Assembly: GCA_030704615.1 (NCBI GenBank)
Contig: CM060731.1
Span: 43,152,001 to 43,216,000, forward strand
Direction of reading: 5' to 3'
Origin: Takakia lepidozioides
Lineage: Eukaryota; Plantae; Bryophyta
Length of the DNA: 64,000 nucleotides
Position 1 is the first letter of the stretch. Each line of letters starts with the position of its first letter. Under the pieces are notes generated by a model that worked only from the letters and a program-made list of their open reading frames with translations, made no database searches and was not told the DNA's origin. The position numbers and the translations under genes were made by a program. Below, in pieces: positions 22,835 to 34,400 of the stretch.

Positions 22835-23419
22835 GTCTAGCACAGAAGTCCAACTACAGAGTGTCAGACTCCATGCGTTATTTTGGTTGGATAACAAAGA
22901 AGCCCGTAGAGGTAATTTCTAATGTTTTCTTGGAGATTCTGACAACCTTGCCAGTGTTTCGGTTGACGTCTACCTTATCCTTTTGGTAGAGACTCAAATG
23001 GGTCAGGGTTGAGTACCTGCGTCCTGAAGTGGGCACATTCATCTGATTTTTTTCATGCATTCCGCTGTTCAGCTCAGTTATTCTTTTGGGTGGCGGTGAC
23101 CCTAATTATTATTAAAGTGAATAATTTGTGATCTTATCTCGTGGAGCACTGTGAAAGCAGTTGCATCGAATGAGTGACACCCCTGGCCAGGGAAAAACAG
23201 GGTGAGGTTTGAAATATCAAGGTTTTTACTAAGATCTTTTAGAGGCCCTTTGATATTTTGATGATTTCTGCAATTCTCAAGGTCACCAGGTGGATGATAT
23301 TGTGACATTACTGTAATTTCTCAAAAGGTCCTCCTGTTCATGCATTCAATCTCATAAATGTGACAGCCACAATCTCAGCCAGACCCAGTTCAATCAAATT
23401 TTGGCCATCGGCGTTGCAG

Positions 23420-24328
23420 CTTTGGGAGACTGGCATATCACTCAATACATGTGCTTCAGGGGTTGAATTCTGAACCCGTCTGGAGACAATCTATTTCTTC
23501 AATAGGTTTGGCGCACCTTCAATTTGAAGCAGGTGCCACGTCCAACGGGAAGTAATTTGTGGGCATTGTCTAGGAAATTGCGAAAAGAACTTGCCTGATC
23601 TCGCTTCTCATGCAAGCTTCTCCTGGCCTTTTGCAACTGGACTTGAGCAACAAGCAAAATATCTGCACTGGAGACGAGATCAGCCCTCATCCTTTCTATG
23701 GACAGTCTTTGTTCTGTCATACAATTGTTGGTGAAACAGTCGCTCTCCCCCTCTCTCTCTGCTTCAAAGTGATTGTCAATACTCTTCTGTGTCCCATGCT
23801 ACCTACGTTGTACTCTGCCATCAACAAGTCCAAGCACAGGGTTTCTGGAGTGAGGGCGCTTCTCAGCAAGTGAAGCTTTCCTTGCCTCTGCCACAGACAT
23901 GAGAACCAGACCAGAATAGTTGCAGCCCAGGGGCTGATGTGCGAGAAGGTGGGGTTCTACACTCTACACTCCGTTTTCATTCTCAAAGGCGCTTTCCGTC
24001 CACATTCTGAACAAGCCCGCTCAGGAAGAGCAGAGCCGCCGCATTTGGCTATGGCGGCCCTCTCCTCCGCTGCCTGCTGCTTTGGGGAGCTTCCCTCCAC
24101 GCGGCTTGCACTTCCCTGCGTATTGCTCAGGACTTGCAAGTTTCTCCCCCTCTCCTGGGCACCCTTTCCGTTGCCCTCTATCGCTCGACGAAGCAGCTGC
24201 GGTGCGAAAGAAAGAAGTAGAGGAGTGTCCGCTTTCAACTGCAGAAACTCCAAAAAACCTGTCGGACCCCTTCTGAAGAAAAACAAGCGGCTCCTCCTTT
24301 GTGAATAGCGAGATTTACTTCTATCCAT
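23420..24328 (-). pseudogene. Possible decayed coding sequence, unknown family
   Basis: Consecutive - strand ORFs (23957-24340, 23499-23720), the second with coiled-coil-like composition (IERMRADL...QVQLQKARRSLHEKRDQA). No motif recognised. Confidence 0.25.
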
Positions 24329-24909
24329 AATAAACTTCAAAATTCATCCATTTATTCTTCGTACATCTTTCAATGAGAAAGATGTTACATGGGGGAGGTG
24401 TTACTTGGATGCATAATCATAATATTTGAGGCCTCCCCAAGGAAGCGTAAATTATGGTGTCTCTTCACCCCAAGGGATTACTGCCTTCCATTAGGAAGGT
24501 GGACTCCTTTGTAGCACAAAGGGTGGATTGAACCCACAACCACTTCCAACGTGGTATGTGCCCATTACCACGTGCCTCCACTTGGTTGTCTACTAGGATG
24601 CAGTTCATGAAACAGTTTCCAGCAAGGGTGACACCTTGGGAAGGCACAAGGGCCTAGCGAATTTTGTGAGTGATGCGTAGGCTCCTCTTCAGAATAATAG
24701 GAGCCAATAAATTAGTCCGGCAAGGTCATGACGAATAGCATAGGCAAGTACAATAAAATACTGAGGTTATTTTTTCCTCTTTGCAATCCTTGGGCCTTGG
24801 TACCACTCCACGGGACGGATCTACTATCACAAGGCTTTACATTGAAGTACATTGAAGTTCCATCCCCTTTCTTAAAAGAAAAATAAATAAAAAGATTGTT
24901 TCCATTCAA

Positions 24910-26115
24910 ACTAGGGTAGCGTGTGCCGTTGGCCCAAGTGTCCAGTGTCATCTAAGTCCAAGTGCAATCCCCTATGTATTCGAGTGCGACTCCTATGTCG
25001 AGGCCCATGTGTGAAGAATTTCTTATTTTTCACGAATTTCTAGTGCAATCTCCACTGTCATTCCAACACTAAATTTGAAATTTAGTTGAGTTTTAGGGAC
25101 CAAAATTGTTCATATTTCTATAATTCTCGGCCCGTAGGTCCAAATTTTGTGAAACCAAGTCGGTGCACCCCTACTCATCGAGGGCTTTCCAACTCTACCA
25201 AAATCGTGGCCTCTATCTAAGTGTAACCTCCAATGTCATTCCAACACTTGATTTTGTAATGTAGTTGAATTTTCAGCGACCAAAATTATTTATAATTCCA
25301 TTTGGGTACATAAGAAATTGCACTTGGGCTTAGATTTCAATTCTTTACACACATGGACCTTGACATAGGAGACGCTACTTGAACACATAGGGGATTGCAC
25401 TTGGACTTAGACTTAACACATGGGCCAATGGGGTGGGCTACCCTAGGCCTAGATCTCCCAAACAAGAGGGTCTCTAGATACATAGGGGATTGCACACTAG
25501 ACTCTTTGTGGAAAGAAAACTTACTTAGATGACATTGGACACATGGGCCAACGGCAAAGGCTACCCTAGAGGTTGCATTTGGGCCTCGACATGGGAGACG
25601 CACTTTGATGCATCGTCGGGGATTGCACACTGGCTTCGATTGGCCTCGACATAAGAGACGCACATGGGAGACGCCAAAGTTGGATGCATAGGAGATTGCA
25701 CTTTGGGCTTAGATGACATTGGACACTTGGGCCAACGACACAGGCTACCCTAGTCAATATATGAAGCGAGACATTTGTTTTGTAGATTTGAGATGTCCCA
25801 AACTGCAGGGCCCACCCTCAATGCTTGGTACCAATGGAAAGCCCTCGACAAAGAGGGGTGCACGGGCTTGGTCTCATGACTTTTGGACTTGCGGTGTGGG
25901 AGATATGGAATTTTAAGTACTTTGGGTCGCTGGAAATTCACGAAAAAATTGCAAAGTGGGCATTCCTAAAACAATGGTTGGAGGCTAGACAGGAGAGATA
26001 TCAAGGGAAAGGTCTCCGGTTCAAATCTAGTCGTAGGCTCTGTGGGAAAAAATGATTAGATATGGCTCACTTCAGCTTGGACTTAGATAACATTGGACAC
26101 TTGGGCCAAAGGCAC
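24910..26115. repeat. Non-coding repeat element with iterated inverted subrepeats (MITE- or Helentron-like)
   Basis: ACTAGGGTAGC...TTGGCCCAAGTGTCC at 24910 is mirrored by GGACACTTGGGCCAA...GCTACCCTAG at ~25720-25754, with further copies at ~25415, ~25540 and ~26095. 25150-25205 is inverted at 25825-25880. Confidence 0.7.
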
Positions 26116-27269
26116 AAGTTTTACTCTTCTTGTCCTGTAGCTCTCTCATAAGACTTCTTTTGCGAACTCTGGTTTCTGAGCAGTGTCTATGTTAGGACAC
26201 TCTGCATAGCTTTATACAAAGACCCCAATGGGATGACTGTACAAATGGGTACAACTGTCCCCAAGAGGAAAAAACCAAAGCTCGTAAAGCTAGATGTATT
26301 GACACAAAGAAAGAAATCAAACTGTTCTAGTATCAACTATTGCATGAAGAGGGCTAGACAACAGGAAAGAGGATGGATCGGAGTCTCTCCTGTTGGTCTC
26401 CATGGCTCCCTCTGCAAGGTTATTTGTCCCTTGCTTGTCTTCCTTCCACAATTTAATAAAATTTTCAGGCTGTCCCACACTGTCGTTTGAATTTAAAAAA
26501 AAAACAATTGATAATTATTTAATAAATACAAATTTAAATTCTGGGAAAAAAATGCCTCGGGGTTTAACCCTTAATGGACGAGGCAGTTTTTGGTGGGCCC
26601 CCTCCAAAACAGGACATACCCTCACGGATGAGGGTATATCTCTCACGAAACTAACATGAACCGTATGAATTGGAGGCTACCTACTTCATCCAGCTTCTGT
26701 GAAAATTTCAGCTCATTTCACCGTGTATTTGGAAGATTATAAGAAATTTGCAAGCCCTAAATTTGGGGTACACTCCAAATTTGCAGTGGAAAAATGGTTT
26801 GACCAGGAAAGTGGATCGACAAAAAAAAAAAATCCTCGCAAGTCCCCATCCAGATTCCCATTATGTGGCACCTCATGTTGTGGCAAAATTCCAAAGCAAA
26901 ATTCCCAAATTTTCACAAGGTTGCTTTGTAAGGCAAAACACACCATGAAGCTCAAATGACATGTAATTCAAGCTGAGGGGGGCCAAATTTCCTTGGAATC
27001 ACAATTGCTGCGGTGAATGAATGATGAAGTACCATCTCCAAAAAGAATTTCAGAATTTCAGCAAAAATTGAAGCACTGATTTCTATTTCTGTGAATATTG
27101 TCTGAGCTGGTAGACATTTCCGGCTACAAAAAATGGGCTACGTCACCGATTTGCGACAAAATGTCGGGGGACCCCAAATGCGAAACCCTAAGAAGGGCTT
27201 GGGGACACCCTCTGTTTCGGCGTTTCACCCGACAAGCATCTGAAAACTAACTACCAACTACCAACTACC

Positions 27270-27830
27270 TATTTTACCCCAGTGCAATGATACAAGCTCC
27301 CCGTGAGCTCCTGCGTTACCCCCAATGCAACGATACAAGGTCCCCGCGAGCACCTGCTTTACCCCCAATGCAACAATACAAGCTCCCTAATACAAGCAAT
27401 ACATGATCCCAGAACTAGGGGGGAGTTGAACCCCCCGATCTGTGCAGACAGTCCCCCCCCCCAAGCAGCAAACATCACCCCAAAAAGGAGAACCACTACC
27501 ATGATTGTTGCACTGCTGCCTCGCACCCCCCCCTTCCCCAAAAGTGTGAAACCACCCAAACACAACGCTCCTACGCCAATACACCCAGACCCCCATCACC
27601 TCCACAGCCCCTCATCCACCAGCAGCAGATCGACATGACCCCCACAGCCTGTGAATCATCAGCAACATATCCCCACATGCCCATGAACCAACAACAGCAC
27701 ACCCCCATGACCCCAAAAGCCTCCATTGCCCATGAACCAACAACAACACACACCCATGACCCCCAGAAGCCTCCACTGCCCATCAACCAACACCAGCACA
27801 CTCCCAATACCCCTACAGCCACCACAGATC
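27270..27830. repeat. Minisatellites in the piggyBac 3' region
   Basis: Three ~43-bp units TTACCCC(C)A(A/G)TGCAA..ATACAAG at 27273-27390, and ~50-bp units CCATGAACCAACAACA..ACAC..CCATGACCCCCA at ~27630-27820. Confidence 0.75.
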
Positions 27831-27983
27831 AGCGAGAAACACACCCCACGCCCCACGCACACACGCCATCCACAGCCAACGCCAGCATACCTGTAATGCA
27901 ATCCAACACAGCAGTGAACCCCTATCCACACAACCAATGCACACACACAAGGAAGAAGTAACCAATGAAAGGCCTAGCTGCAG

Positions 27984-30314
27984 TCACCTCGTGGCATGTT
28001 GGTGTGCCTTATTCCAACACGGCCCAAGGCACAAGTGACTGCCATCATAGCCAGGGCAGTAATAGTGAGTACGAACGTGACACACAACACACAATCGCCA
28101 CCTTGTCGTGTGAAGGCACTGATGCACAAACGTGCATTCCATATCCCCAGTGATGTCCATGATGTCAATGCAGCAGCCCGCTGTCAATCCATATGCTAAA
28201 GCCAGATTGAATTCGAGATGTGTCATGACCCGACGCCCCATCCTTCTCTCCATTGCAGAATGCAATATGTACGTATTCACCACTGTGGTATCCAGAAAAA
28301 AAAAAAAAAACCCACGATGCCACCACTTCTTTGTGCGCAGCTGCAAGCTACACGCATCCATTAGCTGGTCCTGCACATCTACTCCTTGCATATACGTTTG
28401 GTATTGCACGTAAGCAGGCATGGATGGCACACGCACTCTTTGGTTTCCCACAAAACGACGTACAGTCACAGGAGAGAACGGGTTGCATGCTGGCCTGGCT
28501 GCAGATGACAGTAAAAAGACCCCCTTCTTGTCCCACCATAACACAGCAGCCACCTCCCTTGAATCATGCATCATGTACCATGACTGCCCTTGCTTGGCAG
28601 TCTTGGATTTCTTCATTTTCAGCAAAAAAGGAGGGAGACCTTTTCGGTTCAATCTGATTGTGCCAGTGGCCCAAGTGCCAAGCTTCGCCAAGTCATACAG
28701 AAGCTGGACAGAGGTAAAGTAATTGTCAGTGACAATGATATGGCCCAAACCATGCAGCCCTTCAGTCAGCCGGCAAACAACATCGCACCCTTCTCCCTTC
28801 CTACTTTTCTGCCTCTGGCCATCTGGCCCTCCTGCATTCTTACCAAAGTAAAAACAGAAATTGTAGACATATGAAGTCTCCATGTCAGCACTGGCCCACA
28901 CCTTTATGCCCCACTTGCATGGTTTCTTAGGCATATACATCCTAATTGGACAGTACCTCCCCTTGTAACGAATCATGACCTCATCAACGGTCACTATTTT
29001 GTTCAGATTCCAGAGGCTTTTACACCTATCAACAATCTCATCACACACCCACCTTAGCTTTCCAAGCTTGTCGTAATTGCTACTTTTCCGATCCGCCACC
29101 CAAGTGGCGTTGTCAACAAGATGCAAATAGCGGAGGATGACCTCGTACCTATCTCTCGTCATCACTTTGCGGATGACAGGACAAGAGAAGAATTGCTCCG
29201 AGTGTTACAAGTACAAAGCGAGTTCGGGGCAACTTTTTCATGCCCATGAAGACACAAATGCCAATCCAAGCCCTCAACTCACGAACAGTGAGCTCTTTCC
29301 ACTTAGGCCCCCCACGAGTGCCCACACCCAAAGCCTCACATGCATAACGATTGGACCCCCTACATATTCGTGCAAACACATGTTGTCTCCAAAACAAACG
29401 AAAGAACCAAACAAGATGTGAGCCCTTTATATCTGGCAGGCAGGGACCAGGTACAGGGCCAGTAAAAACACCTCTATCAGTTGCAAACTCAGAGCCAACA
29501 TTGGACTCCCAAGTTGCAGGCTTGAACATCTTGACAAAATCGGCGGTTGGCTCCTCATTGCACTCCATGTCAACCCCATCATTCTCCCAGTCGCATTCAT
29601 CGGCAGAGTCCCCCATGTAGCCATTGTCACCCTCAAAATCCTCGTCCATGTCCGACGAGGCCTCATCATGCCCAAAACTCCCATTAGAAGACCCTTCCCC
29701 AAAATTCACAGTACCCCCAACACCCCCACTATTGGGATGCAACTCCCCCAAAGCCACCCGACCCACGGCCACCATCCTCCCCGGACTCAGAGACCCGCCA
29801 ACACACCCCACATTCACCGGCAGACCACCAGCCTCTCCCCCAATCCCAGAATTCACTCCATGACTAGTTTTTCTCCTGGCGACACCCTTGGGAGGTGCTG
29901 TTACACTTGTAGGAAGAGACCTCTTTGCACGAGCCAAAACCTTCAGACGACTGACTGTTGGCATCAGGCCATACATCTTCTCTCAACACAAAATTCACAG
30001 CCTCACTAAAACCGTCCAGCTTGTCACCCTCCTCTCTTATCTCTCTCCAACCTAGAACAAGAGCAACTTGACGTCTAAACATGAAACATAAGTTGTGAGG
30101 GGCGAGGGTGGCGAGGCCAGCGATTGGCACCTGGCGGGGGAGACAAGCTTAACAAGAAGTCAGGAGAAAGGCAGCCCAAGATTACCTTGCACTGCTCCTC
30201 AGTGCAATGCTGTTCTTGCATCGCCCATTCTCTTATAACCTGGGCTGCAGGTGCATGCTCGGGTGGAGGAGGTGGTGGCTCAGGTGCAGCAAGGGCCTTG
30301 CACTTAGGCGCCAT
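27984..30314 (-). pseudogene. piggyBac transposase (DDD triad plus Cys-rich C-terminus) with a frameshift and stop near 29205-29215
   Basis: DKLGKLRW, VTVDEVMIRYKGR, YMPKKPCKWGIKVW, VTDNYFTS, ATGTIRLNRKGLP, MQGVDVQDQL, KKWWHR, CVVC...YYCPG...LCLGPCWNKAH. The start (MAPK at 30314) and 5' exons are tentative. Confidence 0.9.
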
Positions 30315-31407
30315 TGATTCTCTACCACCCAGACAGCTCACCCCAATCACTACAAGCCTACGTACAGAACAAAAAAACAAATCCCCAAATCTGATGCCCA
30401 CATCAAGAAACACAAAACCCAAGCATTACCATCCCTGACGACATGGCTGTAGGATCTAATCAGTTGGCATGCAGAACCCTAGCACTAACTGAATGCAGCA
30501 TAAGCAAGAGGTGTAAAGAGAAAAGCACAAAGGAGGAAAAGGGGCGAGCTTGTACCTAAGACGGCTGCGCACTGAATTCGTGGTTGCGCAACCCTTCTCG
30601 CACCTCGTAAATGTAGGTGAAGCAACAAATGTAAACGCAGCGGCCAGCTCTAAAGACAAACAAAAGCTCCGCGACGCACAAAGAAAACAATCAAGCGCAT
30701 GCAGGGCTAAATAGGATCGACACAGGAAGGAAGAAGGAGCGTAAAAGGAAGATCTGCACACAACAAGCTGCGAGCCCTCGACATGCTCAAACGAGAGAGA
30801 CCAAAGGACGCGAAGTGCCCGTCCTTCCCACCTCCTGCCACCCTTCGCGCGTGCCGGGGGATATGTGGCTGTCCGCAGGGGCGGACATGCAGCCCCGGTG
30901 GCACCCCTCGCCGCACCCCACCCCATCCAGCCGGCCACATGGTAGGTCAACCCTGCCGGAGGGCCCCAAACCACTGATTTTTAGGTACCCCACGCTTTCC
31001 AAAAAATCCTGCCGGCTGTCCTTTAGGATTTTTGGGGTGCCATCAACAAGGGGGGCGGGGGCGTAGAATTTAATTTCCTACATTTTCATTCAGGGCTCGA
31101 ATTCATCCGAATTCATCTCGATGAGTTTCATCCAATCGAAATTTCCCGGCGACCTGATTCAGGTCGCCTCGTCCATTAGGGGTTAAGGTTTAAGCTTGCG
31201 AACCTGTGAGGCCGTCCAAGAAGACTTACTTCGATTTGGATCTGTGGAAGCGGAAGCGGTGAAGTGAGAGGGCTCGATAGAAAGACAGATGTGTGGTAGG
31301 GACTTACAGAAATGTTCAGAATATCGATTCAGGAAACGTCAAAACAAGTGCTGCTGCAGAGGACAGATTTGTGGTGGAAGTCTTCAAGACAGAGGAATCC
31401 AATCTCA

Positions 31408-31416
31408 AAACCCTAA
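31408..31416 (+). promoter_or_regulatory. Telo-box in the SDA1 leader
   Basis: AAACCCTAA ~30 bp before the ATG; typical of plant ribosome-biogenesis genes. Confidence 0.55.
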
Positions 31417-31440
31417 AGGTTGAGAGAGAGTGCGAGAGAG

Positions 31441-34400
31441 ATGGTGGGAGGAGTTACTGCAGCGTCAGGAGGCCGAAGCATGGAGAGGGGGGACCTGCTT
31501 TCACTTCAAGGGCGCATGAAACGTGACCCTGCTGGCTATGAAAGCGAGCTCCTGCTACAACGGCGTCACTTTGATGCTTGCCTCTCCATCTTTCTTCTGC
31601 ATCCCTCGACATCGTCAGGGACTACGGCGTCTTCGCATGATCCGGGAGCCGCAAAGGACATGGCAGACATGGCCATGTTTTTGGCACACATGACACCCGT
31701 GTATCCTCAACATTTGGGTCAGTTTCCAAAGCAGTTGCTGCAGCTGCTAGGGTCGCAGGGAACCTCGCAGCAGCCCACTCTCCGACGCCATCTCACTCAA
31801 GCCCTCATCCTACTTCGCAATCGCAAGGTGTGCTTTTGCCTGACATGATGATTTCCGGAGAATTTAACAACAGGCGGTGTGATGAGAGCAAGTATTAGGA
31901 CGAGGAATCCTGCCCACGGACTGGGTGCTTCATGTTCCCTTAAATAGGTTGACGTTTTGAGATTTGTGGAGGTAGAGATTGCTCAGTCTATGGTCGCATA
32001 TATAGTGTACTTGGTGAGTCAATATGCTTCTATTTCGATTTGACAACCTAGATGTTGCCCAGGTAGCCGGGTGGGTGCCATATGGATTTAGATTTGTCAT
32101 TTGCTTTTTAGTCAAGTCCACTTTTGTTTATAAGGGTTTCATCATCAGGTTGGGACTTGCATCTCTAGCAGAGATGTTACTCGAGGAATTAAATTAAGTT
32201 TTCTGATTTGCTAGTGTGGTGGCAGGTGATAGATCTGGTGGATACGCTGCCGGTGCTAATGGACCTGCAGTGCAGTGGCGACAGGGTAATCAAACGCCTT
32301 GCCTTCCTGCACATTGTGCAAGACATACGGCGCATGAATCTGAAACACCGGAATGAGCCCACAAATCGGGCCCTTCAGAATGTGCTTTTTAACTTGCTTC
32401 AGGTATCCCCTTAAAGACTAGGTCTTCATAAATCAGAAACATTTGTCACTCAAGAACTGGATGTGGTCCTTTGGCTATCTGTCGCAAGCTTCACATTCTC
32501 AGTCATTGCAGCTCCTCATTGGACTCTCTCTCTCTCTCTCAATGGCCACAAGGCTACGGCAAACAACGTCTTATGATTACATTCTCTCTCTCTCACTTTC
32601 TCTCTCTCAGAAGTCTTGACTCTGCTGGATAAATCTGATTTAGAGGCTGTAGTGTCCAAAGCCATGTCTGTTGCCATGAAATTGTCTGATGAAAATGAAG
32701 TTAGGTAGAAAACTTCCCTGAACTTGTTTCCAGTCTGTGACATGGGGGAGGACATCTTGGATGACCTCAAGGGTCTACCCACTCTCGGCACTAGACTGAA
32801 ATTTAAACTCAGGGCAGGAAGCCTACCTTTGAACAGCAAACAGAAGCAGAGAGGAAAGGGAGAGTGCAATTGCCCGTTAACTATGCGTTATGGGCCTAGG
32901 AATTGCTAGTGGTTTTCTGAAAACCATAGGCTGCGAGGGTCAGCAGTAGACATTTGCTGCATTTGAAATTCATTTCTCCATTAACTAACTAATCTTGGCC
33001 TATCTAATCCAGTTGTGTCTAGGGGGTGGAGAAAGAAAGGACGGAGGCATGGTTGTGTCTGGTTTGACATGTCTAAGGAGAAGATTGGCCTTGGGTGGGC
33101 AGGGAGAGGATGAATCAAAAGCTAAGCGCTCTCTGGTGGTTCTTGCGGAGCTGCATCGTCGTAAAGTCTGGGTGGATGAGCGCACCTCCAATGCCATTTG
33201 TACTGCCTGCTTTCACAAGTCGTCGCGGTGTGTACCACTCTTGTTGAATGTGGTTATGTATCCAAAACCGAAATAGTACCTTGTTTATGCAATTCTTGCA
33301 TATCTCAAAGTATTGATCTGTTAACAAAGACCAACGTCAAGATTATTCCTAAAGCAGGAGAGGCTCAATTGGCACCTTTGATTACATTGAAGAAGTTTGT
33401 TGAAGCCTGTGGGGATCACATGACTTATAAGGGGCAGTATGGCCACAGTTATCCCGGGTGCAAATTCTCATGGGCTTATGTTGGAGGTCAGGCTGTGTGA
33501 TGCATCCAGCCTTGATTGTCCTTGAACATTGGCCTTTGTTTTACATATTGGGTACCCAGGTTGCGCCAGGCCTCTTACTTACCCTTTACTTACCCTGGGT
33601 GCACTGCAAGTACGTACTCAAAAGTGCCTGCCTTATGGGATGTAGTAGCTCTAGTGGGTCCAAGGAGGCATTCAAAGTTATGCAAGTATAGAACCAATAT
33701 CATTGACTAATTCTTTTTTGCAGGATAATGATTGCTTCACTGCAATTTCTGCTGGGTTATGATCGGAAAGCAGAAGATGACGATGATGAGGATGGCTCAA
33801 GTAGTGATGATGAGGCCAGCAAGGTCACTGGTACACCAGGTGTGAGTCGGGAGGATCTTTACAAGGTGCATGCACTTTTTTTGTCTGAATTTTCCAATTG
33901 GAAGGGTTATGGTTACCTGCTGTATTTGGATTCAGTTTATAGGCTATCCTCTTTATATGTCGGTTCTTCTTCTGTGTGTCTTAGGTTTGTCCTCTCTTTA
34001 ATTGTTGCTTTTCTTGTCATGGTGGTTCCATCTTTAAAAGTTAATTTTTTAACGTGGATGTGACATTCTCATCATATCTCACTCAAATGTCAGTTGGATG
34101 ATTACTAGGCTCACGCATAGATATACATATTATCTTCTCGCTCTATCAAACATTGCTAACTGAGGATCATTTAATCGACTCGTATAGTTCTCGATTTCGT
34201 CTTTTTTGATGTTAGAAAGCCAGCCTAAAAATAGTCTTACACAGGAATATGACCTCATATGCAGTTTCTGAGATTGGATTCTGTCTTTACAAACAATAGA
34301 ATTTCCTGAATTTCCTGTCTTGCCAGTATGTTATTTGGCAAACATGAGGTGTGGGGTGTGGATTAATGAACACACAGGCTTATCATAAGGGCACAACATC

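Larger units (their letters stand above)
26568..31182 (-). mobile_element. piggyBac-superfamily DNA transposon, full length
   Basis: TTAA at 26564-26567 and 31183-31186; 17-bp TIR CCCTTAATGGACGAGGC / GCCTCGTCCATTAGGGG (16/17 match); PGBD transposase inside. Confidence 0.95.

Noticed and set aside
27270-27961. Pro/His/Thr-rich ORFs in the piggyBac 3' region
   Set aside because: They arise from C/A-rich minisatellites; no evidence of coding.
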